From an uncultured Rubrivirga sp. (GTDB taxonomy: Bacteria; Actinomycetota; Actinomycetes; S36-B12), in the NCBI GenBank assembly GCA_964550285.1, contig CAZJYN010000001.1, forward strand, positions 50,620-114,619: DNA of 64,000 nt, given 5' to 3'. This document shows, one piece after another, positions 1 to 8,325 of this stretch. The position numbers were made by a program, and so were the translations under genes. Below the pieces are notes generated by a model, which was not told where the DNA came from, searched no databases, and worked only from the letters and a program-made list of their open reading frames with translations. How positions within the stretch are numbered: position 1 is the stretch's first letter; each line of letters starts with the position of its first letter.

Positions 1-95
1 CGACCGCGGCGTTCGCCGTCATCCACATTGCCGGTGATGACTGGGAATACTCGATCGATGATGCACGCCTCGAGGCGTTCATGACGTGTCGCTGA
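1..95 (+). CDS. 3' end of unidentified CDS running in from upstream of the window (...IHIAGDDWEYSIDDARLEAFMTCR*)
   Basis: Frame +3 is open from base 3 to TGA 93-95 with GC-rich third codon positions. Absent from the ORF track because there is no start codon in the window. Product not recognisable. 17-nt convergent overlap with serB. Confidence 0.3.
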   Translation, partial: TAAFAVIHIAGDDWEYSIDDARLEAFMTCR

Positions 96-1341
96 TCCCG
101 TCGCGGGCGTCGGCGAGTTCGACTTCGTCGCGGGTGATACCCATCAAGAACAACACCGAGTCCAGGAACGGCACGGATACGGAGGTATCCGCGGCTTGCC
201 GCGCAACGGGTTTGGCATTGAAGGCGATGCCCAATCCGGCTGCCTCCAACATGTCGATGTCGTTCGCGCCATCGCCGATAGCGATGGTGCGACGGCGGGG
301 AATACCGAAACGCACTGCGAGATCCTCGAGCGCCTTGCGCTTGCCTGGTCGATCCATGATCTCGCCGACGACCTTCCCGGTGAGTCGGCCATCAACGATC
401 TCCAAGGTGTTGGCGCGAACCTCGGCCACACCGAGGCCGGCTGCAACCGGTGCGATCACTTGGGTGAAGCCGCCGGAGACCAGCGCGATTCGATAACCCA
501 ACCGATTGAGGGTGCGACACAGGGTGCGCGCACCGGGTGTCAATTGGATGCGGTTGCGGGTGCGGGCAATGCAGTCCTCCGGTAGCCCAGCCAATAGCGC
601 CACCCGGGCATGCAAGGACTCGCTGAAGTCCAACTCACCGGCCATCGCTCGCTGCGTGACTTCCGCCACCGCATCGGCTTGGCCGGCCTCGGCGGCGAGC
701 AAATCGATCACCTCGTCTTGGATGACCGTGGAATCGACGTCCATCACCACTAGGTACTGCCCACGAGTTTCCAACCCGGTGTCCTGAACGGCGATATCCA
801 CACCGCGCTCGGCGGAGATCGCTGCCAGTGGTCGTCGCAGTTCGTCCGGATCGACCCCGCGTCCTTCGAAGGCGATAGCGGTGACGGGGTAGTGCGCGAT
901 CCTGCGGATGCGTTCGATGTTGCCCCCGCCGTGTGCGATCTGGGTTGCTACGTCGGCGATCGAAGCGGGGGAGAGGTCATCGGCCATCACCGTGATGCGA
1001 AATCCGCCAGCCAACTGTGCAGACGCGATCGGGGCGGTCGAGTCGTGAACGCCGATGGAGGCATCCATCTGAAGGTTCGTGGCGAGCGACTCGATCGCGG
1101 CGGTGAGTTGCCGGCTGTGGCCGACCGGCACTTCAAGCGAGGCCGCCAAGATCAATCGTCCGCGCATGACGATTTGGTCGATGTCACGCACGCAGGCACC
1201 GATGCCGCTGCACGTGGTGAACAGATCCCGGGTAACACCGGGACGATCCACCCCGCTCAAGGTAACGAGCATCGTGTGCTGCCCGCCGTGGTCGCCCTCG
1301 TCGACTGCGGCTTCGTCTGCAACACCGGCCTCACCGTCCAT
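79..1341 (-). CDS. serB: phosphoserine phosphatase SerB (ACT-domain N-terminus + HAD domain)
   Basis: 420-aa ORF with HAD motifs VVMDVDSTVIQDE and GDGANDIDMLEAAGLGIAFNAKP, typical of SerB2-type enzymes. The start could also be Met24 (1272). Confidence 0.85.
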   Translation of the reverse strand: MDGEAGVADEAAVDEGDHGGQHTMLVTLSGVDRPGVTRDLFTTCSGIGACVRDIDQIVMRGRLILAASLEVPVGHSRQLTAAIESLATNLQMDASIGVHDSTAPIASAQLAGGFRITVMADDLSPASIADVATQIAHGGGNIERIRRIAHYPVTAIAFEGRGVDPDELRRPLAAISAERGVDIAVQDTGLETRGQYLVVMDVDSTVIQDEVIDLLAAEAGQADAVAEVTQRAMAGELDFSESLHARVALLAGLPEDCIARTRNRIQLTPGARTLCRTLNRLGYRIALVSGGFTQVIAPVAAGLGVAEVRANTLEIVDGRLTGKVVGEIMDRPGKRKALEDLAVRFGIPRRRTIAIGDGANDIDMLEAAGLGIAFNAKPVARQAADTSVSVPFLDSVLFLMGITRDEVELADARDGISDTS

Positions 1342-1393
1342 GATGGGTCAACGGTACTCAGCGTCGCGCGCGGAACCCGGCCCCGCGTGCACC

Positions 1394-1399
1394 TAGGGT
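1394..1399 (+). promoter_or_regulatory. -10 hexamer TAGGGT, predicted leaderless promoter of ABC ATPase
   Basis: TANNNT match; 6-nt spacer to GTG 1406; no room for a Shine-Dalgarno. Confidence 0.45.
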
Positions 1400-1405
1400 G
1401 GTCGG

Positions 1406-2209
1406 GTGCAGGTCTTGAAGATGACGGGCGTTGGAGTCCGACGAGGCGAATCCCACCTGCTAAGCGACCTCGATTGGTCGGTTCGTGCAGACGAGCGCTG
1501 GGCGATGATCGGCCCGAACGGCGCCGGCAAGACCACCGCGTTGACGATCGCATCGACCAGGATGTTTCCCACGGTCGGTTCCGTGGAAGTCCTCGGCGAG
1601 GTCATGGGCAAGGTGGACATCGCCGATCTTCGCCCGCGGGTCGGTTTCGCCTCCAGCATGCTGCTCCGCGAGATCCCCATGCACGAGCGCGCCATTGATG
1701 TGGTGGTGACCGGGGCCTATGCCGTGACCGGACGATGGAACGAGCAGTATGCGAACGAGGACACGGATCGGGCCATGGAGTTGTTGACCGCGTGGGGCGC
1801 CTGGTCCTACCGGGAGCGCCCGTTCGCCTCGTTATCCGAGGGCGAACGTAAGCGCGTCCTGATCGCCCGTGCGTTGATGAGCGATCCGGAGTTGCTTCTC
1901 CTGGACGAACCAGGTGCCGGGTTGGATCTGGCCGGCCGCGAGGAACTCATCGGGCTGCTCGATGATTTCGCCGCCGATCCGGTGGCGCCGAGCCTGGTGT
2001 TGGTCACCCACCACGTCGAGGAGATTCCCACCCGCATCACGCATGCGCTCGTACTGGCCCACGGCCGAATGGTTGCCAGCGGACCGATCGAGCAGGTCAT
2101 GACCGGCGAGACGCTTTCTGGGGCATACGGAATCGATGTTCGCGTGGAGTCCGTCTCGGGTCGGTGGATGGCTGTCGCGGCGCGAAGCGCGAGGACTTCC
2201 CATGCCTGA
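1406..2209 (+). CDS. ABC transporter ATP-binding protein (single NBD, no adjacent permease)
   Basis: Walker A GPNGAGKTT, signature LSEGERKRV, Walker B LLLLDEPGAGLD. Confidence 0.85.
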   Translation: MQVLKMTGVGVRRGESHLLSDLDWSVRADERWAMIGPNGAGKTTALTIASTRMFPTVGSVEVLGEVMGKVDIADLRPRVGFASSMLLREIPMHERAIDVVVTGAYAVTGRWNEQYANEDTDRAMELLTAWGAWSYRERPFASLSEGERKRVLIARALMSDPELLLLDEPGAGLDLAGREELIGLLDDFAADPVAPSLVLVTHHVEEIPTRITHALVLAHGRMVASGPIEQVMTGETLSGAYGIDVRVESVSGRWMAVAARSARTSHA

Positions 2210-3680
2210 GCGAACCCGCTTCCTGTTCGCCGATCAACTCGGCCCGCATTTCGATCATGGGGGTCGACTCATGTTCGTGGAGTCGAAGGCGATCTTTCGC
2301 CGACATCGCTACCACCGGCAAAAGGCACACCTGATCTTGAGTGCCCTGTGGCACCGCGCCGAAGCAGAGCCCGATCGGGTGCAATTGGTGCGTTCGGATA
2401 CCTATCGTGCGGGCTTGGCGGACGTCGATCCAGCCGCGATGGAGACGGTCGCCGCCACGTCCCGACCTGCACGGGGCCTGCAGCGGGCACTGGGATTCGC
2501 GCAGATCCTCCCGGAGTCGGGCTGGTTCACCTCGGCTGATGAGTTCGCTGCCTGGGTGCAATCGCGCGGATCCAAGCGGCTGTTGATGGAGGACTGGTAC
2601 CGCGGCGTGCGTCGCGGGCACGACGTCCTCATGGAGGATGATGCTCCGGCCGGTGGGCAATGGAATTTCGATGCCCAGAACCGGTTGCCGCCACCACGCG
2701 GCGAAACGCACCTGCCGGTCCCTGAACCCTGGCAGCCGACCGAGGACGACATCGACGCTCGAGTGCGCGCCGAACTCGATTCGTGGGAGGCCGAGGGCAT
2801 CGAGTTCCTCGGAAAGGACGGCCCCCGCCGCTTCGCGGTCACCCGTGCGGAGGCCCTCTTTGCCCTCGATGATTTCCTGGAGAACCGACTGGCCATGTTC
2901 GGGCCTTACGAGGACGCTGTGTTGTGGCGAGATCCCTTCATGGCCCACTCGTTGTTGTCCGTACCGCTGAACCTGGGCCTGCTGCACCCTGCTGAGGTCG
3001 TCGATCGTGCGGTGGCCGCCTGGCATGCGGATGCGGCGACTTTGGCCAGCGTCGAGGGTCTGGTTCGCCAGATCATCGGCTGGCGGGAATATGTGTGGCA
3101 CCTGTACTGGCACCTCGGTGCGGAGTACGAGCAGCGCAATGCGCTGCAAGCCCACACCACGCCGCCTGACTGGTTCTTGGATGCGCAGTGGGAGGAAGTC
3201 GACGCGCACTGCCTGAAGCGCTCGTTGCAGAATGTGGACGAACTCGGCTACGCCCACCACATCATCCGCTTGATGGTGCTGAGCAATTGGGCAACGCAGC
3301 GCGGCTACTCACCGCAGGCGGTCAATGATTGGTTCCGCCGGGCGTTCGTCGATGGCTACCCCTGGGTCATGACCGCCAACGTCATCGGCATGGGTCTGTA
3401 CGCAGATGGCGGGCTGATGGCTACCAAGCCGTACATCTCCGGTGGGGCGTACGTGAAGAAGATGACGGACTTTTGCGGCGAATGCCCGTACGACCCCAAG
3501 GTGCGGGTGGGGGAGAAAGCGTGTCCTTTCACTGCGGGCTACTGGGCCTTCCTCGACGATCACCGCGACGACTTCGCCGGCAACCACCGAATGGGTACAG
3601 CACTTCGGACGATGGACAAGCTCACCGATCTACCAGGCCTGGTGGAACAGGAGCGGGCGCGCGGCACCGGGGCGCCGTGA
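2202..3680 (+). CDS. cryptochrome/photolyase family protein, FeS-BCP / (6-4) photolyase-like (PhrB/CryB class)
   Basis: Part of the 514-aa ORF. ATG 2202 (MPERTRFLFADQLGPHF) overlaps the upstream stop by 8 nt. Cys spacing C-x88-C-x2-C-x12-C (AHC...DFCGECPYDPKVRVGEKAC) matches the 4Fe-4S ligands of this class as I recall them. Confidence 0.85.
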   Translation: MPERTRFLFADQLGPHFDHGGRLMFVESKAIFRRHRYHRQKAHLILSALWHRAEAEPDRVQLVRSDTYRAGLADVDPAAMETVAATSRPARGLQRALGFAQILPESGWFTSADEFAAWVQSRGSKRLLMEDWYRGVRRGHDVLMEDDAPAGGQWNFDAQNRLPPPRGETHLPVPEPWQPTEDDIDARVRAELDSWEAEGIEFLGKDGPRRFAVTRAEALFALDDFLENRLAMFGPYEDAVLWRDPFMAHSLLSVPLNLGLLHPAEVVDRAVAAWHADAATLASVEGLVRQIIGWREYVWHLYWHLGAEYEQRNALQAHTTPPDWFLDAQWEEVDAHCLKRSLQNVDELGYAHHIIRLMVLSNWATQRGYSPQAVNDWFRRAFVDGYPWVMTANVIGMGLYADGGLMATKPYISGGAYVKKMTDFCGECPYDPKVRVGEKACPFTAGYWAFLDDHRDDFAGNHRMGTALRTMDKLTDLPGLVEQERARGTGAP

Positions 3681-3681
3681 G

Positions 3682-4410
3682 GTGACGATGGTTGACGATG
3701 CAGCAGGCAAGAACGTCGGACGTTCCATCCTGCGCTGGGTGATCGCGATCCTAGGCGTGTTCGCGATCCTCCTCGGCTCCGCGGTGACTGCCGCCGGTGT
3801 GTGGTTGAACGACACAGTGGACGCAAACGACGAACTAACCACCGCGAGCCAGGTGATCTCCGCGCCCTCCTGCCAAACTCTGCTGATCGAGGTGTCCGGT
3901 GCGCAGGTCAGCGCAGAGGATTGGAGTCGCTACGCGGTCGTGGCCGACCGCAGTGCGGAGGCGATCGCGATCGACGTGCCGGGCAGACAGTCCTCTTATC
4001 TCGTCGGTGTCGCCGACAGCGACGACGTCGAGGAGCGCTTGCTCGGCGCGCAGTACTGCCTGGCTCAAAGCACCGAGCAAGGTTGGTCCGTCGAGCGCAT
4101 CGCCGTCGTGGAGGACCTACCCGACGTAGGTCTCTCCGGACTGCAGGGAGTGTGGGGACGGTCCAGTGGGGCCGAGGCCGTGGTGCTTTCGCTGCCCGAG
4201 CCAGGGCGCACGATCGTGGTCAGCACCGACGATGGCACCGATCTCGATGAGGTGCGGCTCGTGGGTCGCTACCGGATCGTCGGCGCCGGAGAGGCGGCGA
4301 CCATCGCGCTCATCGCGGGTCCATCTGTGATCGGTGTTGGTGTTGTGCTGGTGCTGGTTGCCATCTTCGCTTTGCGGCGTCGTGGTCGCCACGAAGGCTC
4401 GGTCGGTTGA
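3682..4410 (+). CDS. hypothetical bitopic membrane protein
   Basis: 242-aa ORF with hydrophobic helices near both termini (ILRWVIAILGVFAILLGSAV; IALIAGPSVIGVGVVLVLVAIFAL). No recognisable domain. Confidence 0.5.
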   Translation: MTMVDDAAGKNVGRSILRWVIAILGVFAILLGSAVTAAGVWLNDTVDANDELTTASQVISAPSCQTLLIEVSGAQVSAEDWSRYAVVADRSAEAIAIDVPGRQSSYLVGVADSDDVEERLLGAQYCLAQSTEQGWSVERIAVVEDLPDVGLSGLQGVWGRSSGAEAVVLSLPEPGRTIVVSTDDGTDLDEVRLVGRYRIVGAGEAATIALIAGPSVIGVGVVLVLVAIFALRRRGRHEGSVG

Positions 4411-5051
4411 TGTCCGCTACGGATCGGTCTGGAGATGCAGCGGGGGATCGCATCTGGACGATCCCGAACATCTTGTCCCTGGCTCGCCTTGCCGGCATCC
4501 CACTGTTCTTATGGCTGGTCCTGGTACGCGAAGCCGATGTCTGGGCTTTCGTAGTGTTGGTCGTCGCAGGCGCCAGCGACTGGTTCGACGGATACCTCGC
4601 CCGACGCCTGAATCAGCAAAGCCGCCTGGGCGAACTGCTCGATCCGCTCGTCGACCGGCTCTACATCCTGGCCACGCTCATCGGGCTGGCCCTGCGGGAC
4701 GTCATCGGTTGGTGGCTAGTGGCGGTGCTCGTCGGTCGGGACGTGCTGCTGTTGGTCTTGCTGCCGTGGCTGCGACGCAGCGGTCGCATCGCCGTCCCCG
4801 TCACTTTCGTGGGCAAAGCGGGGACCTTCGCGTTGCTATGGGGATTCCCGTTGCTGTTGCTGGGCACGGTGCCTGGCCTGTGGGGAACGGTGTTCACAGC
4901 CTTCGGTTGGGCCTTCGCGTTGTGGGGGACCTATCTGTACTGGTGGGCCGGGCTGCGCTACGCCCGGGAGATGGTGCGACCGGCTAGGGTCGTCAGCAAC
5001 GAGGTAGGCCGGCGAAGCAAACGAGAAGAGGGTGTCGATGATTCCCGGTGA
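4410..5051 (+). CDS. CDP-alcohol phosphatidyltransferase family protein (PgsA2-like, probable cardiolipin/phospholipid synthase)
   Basis: Motif DWFDGYLARRLNQQSRLGELLDPLVDRL (D-G-x2-A-R...G-x3-D-x3-D). ATG 4410 overlaps the upstream TGA; TTG 4407 is also possible. Position before gcvH as for Rv1822. Confidence 0.8.
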   Translation: MSATDRSGDAAGDRIWTIPNILSLARLAGIPLFLWLVLVREADVWAFVVLVVAGASDWFDGYLARRLNQQSRLGELLDPLVDRLYILATLIGLALRDVIGWWLVAVLVGRDVLLLVLLPWLRRSGRIAVPVTFVGKAGTFALLWGFPLLLLGTVPGLWGTVFTAFGWAFALWGTYLYWWAGLRYAREMVRPARVVSNEVGRRSKREEGVDDSR

Positions 5052-5421
5052 GTTGGCGTATACGAGCGAACATGAGTGGGTGCGCAGCGAACCGGACGAC
5101 ATCGTGACCGTTGGCATCACGCACTACGCGCAGGATTCCCTCGGCGATATCGTCTTCGTATCCCTGCCAAGCATCGGTGATGAGGTCCAGGCCGGGCAGT
5201 CCTGCGGCGAGGTCGAATCGACCAAGAGTGTCAGTGAGTTGTACGCGCCTGTGGCCGGCACGGTCGTGGAAGTCAACGATGATCTCGAGGCAAACCCGGA
5301 GGTCATCAACAGCGCGCCCTACGCCGCTGGCTGGTTGATGAAACTGCGAATCTTGGAACCGGCCCAGTTGGCTGGCTTGCTTTCGGCGAGTGAGTACGAG
5401 GCGATGACCCAAGGGGCCTAG
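5032..5421 (+). CDS. gcvH: glycine cleavage system protein H
   Basis: 129 aa; lipoyl-lysine motif GEVESTKSVSELYAP; SEHEWVR...VGITHYAQDSLGDIVFV. Confidence 0.92.
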   Translation: MSMIPGELAYTSEHEWVRSEPDDIVTVGITHYAQDSLGDIVFVSLPSIGDEVQAGQSCGEVESTKSVSELYAPVAGTVVEVNDDLEANPEVINSAPYAAGWLMKLRILEPAQLAGLLSASEYEAMTQGA

Positions 5422-5465
5422 GCTGGCCGCGTCAGGTTTCGATGTCGAGGAGGGGAACCGGACCG

Positions 5466-5978
5466 ATGACTTGTCCCGCGTGCCAAAAGCCCGTGCACCC
5501 CGAGGATCGATTCTGCGCGGCCTGCGGCGCACCGCTTGGTGGTGCTCAGGACGCCCAGGAACTAGACCAGACGGGAGCCATCACCGCGATCCCTGGTTCC
5601 GGTCCGCCGACCGGTACCGGTCCGGCGGCTGCACTCGGCAGCGGCATCCACCGGGAACTACCCACCGGTTCGGCGCTGCTGGTCGTGCATCGTGGCCCGG
5701 CGGAGGGCAGCGAGTTCCTACTGCCGGCCGAAGCCGACGTCGTCGGCGTTGGTCGCTCCCCGGAATCGGAGGTTTTCCTCGACGATGTCACGGTGAGTCG
5801 ACGGCACGCAGAGTTCCGTCGCGGCGCCGATGGCTGGAGCGTGCGTGATGTCGGTTCGCTCAACGGCACCTACGTCAACCGTGTACGAGTCGATGACCAG
5901 CGGCTCGACGGTGGTGACGAGGTTCAAATCGGCAAGTTCCGCTTCGTATTCCTGGTGGGCGTCGAGCCGGAAGCATGA
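5466..5978 (+). CDS. garA: FHA-domain regulator, GarA/OdhI-like, with N-terminal zinc ribbon
   Basis: C-terminal FHA domain (LPTGSALLVVHRGPAEGSEFLL...VSRRHAEF...GSLNGTYVN...VQIGKFRFVF) closely resembles GarA. N-terminus CPACQ...CAACG. ATG 5466 follows GAGGAGG; the ORF track start at 5442 is also possible. Confidence 0.8.
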   Translation: MTCPACQKPVHPEDRFCAACGAPLGGAQDAQELDQTGAITAIPGSGPPTGTGPAAALGSGIHRELPTGSALLVVHRGPAEGSEFLLPAEADVVGVGRSPESEVFLDDVTVSRRHAEFRRGADGWSVRDVGSLNGTYVNRVRVDDQRLDGGDEVQIGKFRFVFLVGVEPEA

Positions 5979-6682
5979 GTGCACGGCAGTCGCCTGAGCC
6001 GGCGTCCCGCGGAACGGTGAGCATCGGTGAGGTGCTCTCCGTACTCAAACGGGAGTTCCCTGATGTCACCATCAGCAAGATTCGGTTCCTGGAATCCGAG
6101 GGGCTAGTCACCCCGGCTCGAACCTCCAGTGGTTACCGGCGGTTTGCCGATGAGGACATTCGTCGGCTCCGCGAGATCATGACGATGCAACGCGATCAGT
6201 ACCTGCCCTTGAAGGTGATTCGCGAACAGTTGGACAAGCCCGCGGAGAACGCCGCACCTTCGGGCTCCGGGCTGCGCGCGGAAGACTTCCGACCTGGCGC
6301 CGGGCGCATGCGGCTGACCCGTGCCGAATTGGCCGAGCAGACCGAACTCGACGAGGCCTACGTAGCCACCTTGGAGGAACTCGGTCTGGTGTGGGTGTCG
6401 CCGGCGGGTCACTACGACGAAGACGCCGTTGCTATTTGCACCGTGGCAGCGCGGCTCTCGGAATTCGGCATCGAGGGTAGGCACCTGCGCAGCTTCCGGG
6501 TCGTAGCCGATCGTGAGACCGGCCTGATCGAGCAAATGGTCACGCCCTATGCCAAGACCACCGGGCGTGAAGGGCAATCGCGGGCCAGGACCCAGGAGGC
6601 GGTTCGCGAGATCGGGTCGTTGTTCGTCCAACTGCACGGCGCGTTATTGCGCGCCGAACTCATCCGATCGGGAAAGGCCTGA
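5975..6682 (+). CDS. MerR family transcriptional regulator (Rv1828/FtsR-like)
   Basis: HTH VSIGEVLSVLKREFPDVTISKIRFLESEGLVTPARTSSGYRRF; ATGA overlap with the upstream FHA gene. Confidence 0.8.
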   Translation: MSARQSPEPASRGTVSIGEVLSVLKREFPDVTISKIRFLESEGLVTPARTSSGYRRFADEDIRRLREIMTMQRDQYLPLKVIREQLDKPAENAAPSGSGLRAEDFRPGAGRMRLTRAELAEQTELDEAYVATLEELGLVWVSPAGHYDEDAVAICTVAARLSEFGIEGRHLRSFRVVADRETGLIEQMVTPYAKTTGREGQSRARTQEAVREIGSLFVQLHGALLRAELIRSGKA

Positions 6683-6732
6683 TTTCGCTGTACGCGTGAT
6701 CATCAGGCTGGGCAGCGGCCCATTGGGGGCGA

Positions 6733-6738
6733 TAGCCT
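6733..6738 (+). promoter_or_regulatory. -10 hexamer TAGCCT, predicted leaderless promoter
   Basis: TANNNT; 6-nt spacer to ATG 6745. Confidence 0.45.
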
Positions 6739-6744
6739 GAAGCA

Positions 6745-7233
6745 ATGGTGCCGATGGATGTCGTAGGCGTGCGAATGGAGATGCCCTCCAACACCCCGAT
6801 CGTCTTATTGCGCGAAAGTGACGGGGAGCGCTACCTGCCGATCTGGGTGGGGGCCGTCGAAGCCACCGCCATCGCCTACGCCCAACAGGGAGTGGTGCCA
6901 CCCCGCCCTCTCACGCACGATCTGATGCGCGATCTCTTGGCAGCACTCGACGCCACGGTGAGCCAGGTGCGCATCACGGCCCTGGAGGACGGGGTCTTCT
7001 ACGCGGTGATCGTCTTCGAGAGCGGTTTGGAGGTCCAGGCCCGTCCGTCGGACGCCATCGCCTTGGCGCTTCGCGGTGACATCCCAATCGTGGGGGCCGA
7101 GGCAGTCCTCGACGAGGCCGGCATAGAGATCCCCGACGAGGCCGAGCCGGTGGAAGAGGATCAGGTGGAGAAATTCCGCGAGTTCCTCGACCAGGTGACG
7201 CCCGAGGACTTCGGCGCCCCTGGCTCCTCCTGA
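6745..7233 (+). CDS. bifunctional nuclease family protein (DUF151, Rv1829-like)
   Basis: 162 aa; PIVLLRESDGERYLPIWVGAVEATAIAYAQQGVVPPRPLTHDLM is typical of the family. Confidence 0.8.
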   Translation: MVPMDVVGVRMEMPSNTPIVLLRESDGERYLPIWVGAVEATAIAYAQQGVVPPRPLTHDLMRDLLAALDATVSQVRITALEDGVFYAVIVFESGLEVQARPSDAIALALRGDIPIVGAEAVLDEAGIEIPDEAEPVEEDQVEKFREFLDQVTPEDFGAPGSS

Positions 7234-7412
7234 GCCTTCAGTAGACGTTGAGACTTCGGTCGTCGTCGTCGTGGCGTGTCGCATTGAGCCGTATGTCTCG
7301 CGTGCCTAGATTTCCAACCGCACGCCTTCCCCGACGGATCACAGCGGTCCGGCGAACCTCGTCCACCCACGAGGCCCGCGCAGTAGGGTGAGGTGGCTAG
7401 GAGGAGGAGCGC

Positions 7413-8042
7413 GTGACCGGTAGGCCTGGATCCACGGTGGAGACCGCTGGTGTGCAAGACCCTGTCCACGGCGCACTCGATCACCCACTGATCGGATCGA
7501 ATCCGCAAGGAGCCCTCTTCGACGACGCGGATCTGCGCCCGCTGCCAGCGCACGCCGGCTATCGCGGCCCGATCGCTTGTTCGGCAGCCGGCATCACCTA
7601 CCGCCAACTCGACTACTGGGCCCGCACCGGGTTGGTGGTGCCCTCGGTGCGCGGGGCCAGTGGCTCGGGCTCCCAACGGCTCTACAGTTTCCGAGACATC
7701 CTCGTGCTGCGCATCATCAAGCGGCTTATCGACACCGGGGTCTCCCTGCAGAACATTCGTGCGGCGGTCGAGCATCTAGCTACCCGAGAACAAGACGATC
7801 TCGCCCGCATCACTTTGATGAGTGATGGTGCCAGCATCTATGAATGCCGCAGCGCCGACGAAGTGGTCGATCTCGTGCGTGGCGGACAGGGTGTGTTCGG
7901 CATTGCGGTCGGCAGCGTCTGGCGGGAAGTCGAGGGCACCTTGGCGACCCTGCCGGCGGAGGACCCCACCGGGGACCAGGTAGCTCCCGAGGGTGTCACC
8001 GACGAACTGGCCAGGCGTCGGGCCAGGCGCGCCGTTAGCTGA
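7413..8042 (+). CDS. MerR family transcriptional regulator (Rv1830-like)
   Basis: GITYRQLDYWARTGLVVPS...RLYSFRDILVLRIIKRLIDTGVSLQNIR; GTG start preceded by AGGAGGAGGA. Confidence 0.8.
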   Translation: MTGRPGSTVETAGVQDPVHGALDHPLIGSNPQGALFDDADLRPLPAHAGYRGPIACSAAGITYRQLDYWARTGLVVPSVRGASGSGSQRLYSFRDILVLRIIKRLIDTGVSLQNIRAAVEHLATREQDDLARITLMSDGASIYECRSADEVVDLVRGGQGVFGIAVGSVWREVEGTLATLPAEDPTGDQVAPEGVTDELARRRARRAVS

Positions 8043-8096
8043 ATTGGCAGCCCGACCCGCCACCGCGGGCTAGGCTGGGGCTAGCCGAACACCCCG

Positions 8097-8292
8097 AGCG
8101 GGAGAGTGCGGTGGCCCACGCCAGGGTCACAGCCGCCGAAGGAGCAATAACCCCGACAAACTCTCAGGCGCCGGTACCGCCTGGGGTGGGCGACTCTGGA
8201 AAAGGAACGTTCGTTCCTACCGACGGTGCAAGGTGCGCTTGGTCGCACCGAAGCTCTCAGGTCGCGTTCGTCGCGGGTAACAGAGGGGGAGC
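8097..8292 (+). promoter_or_regulatory. tandem glycine riboswitch (two aptamers)
   Basis: Aptamer 1: cgggagag...cgccgaaggagcaa...ctctcaggc. Aptamer 2: ctctggaaaagg...ccgacggtgcaa...caccgaagctctcaggt...acagagg. Lies directly upstream of gcvP; SD aggaga at 8316. Confidence 0.85.
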
Positions 8293-8325
8293 AGGAGCCG
8301 CTGTTCCCTACCCGCAGGAGAAGCA

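Noticed and set aside
2097-3260. 387-aa ORF antisense to the photolyase gene. Similar long antisense ORFs occur at 61613..63403 (596 aa, opposite fadB), 9742..10470 and 10609..11925 (opposite gcvP), 22920..23873 (opposite helY) and 41846..42322 (opposite pgi).
   Set aside because: Stop-poor mirror frames are expected in DNA this GC-rich. In every case the opposite strand encodes a protein with unmistakable conserved motifs, while the antisense translations are Arg/Gly/Pro-rich with no recognisable domains.
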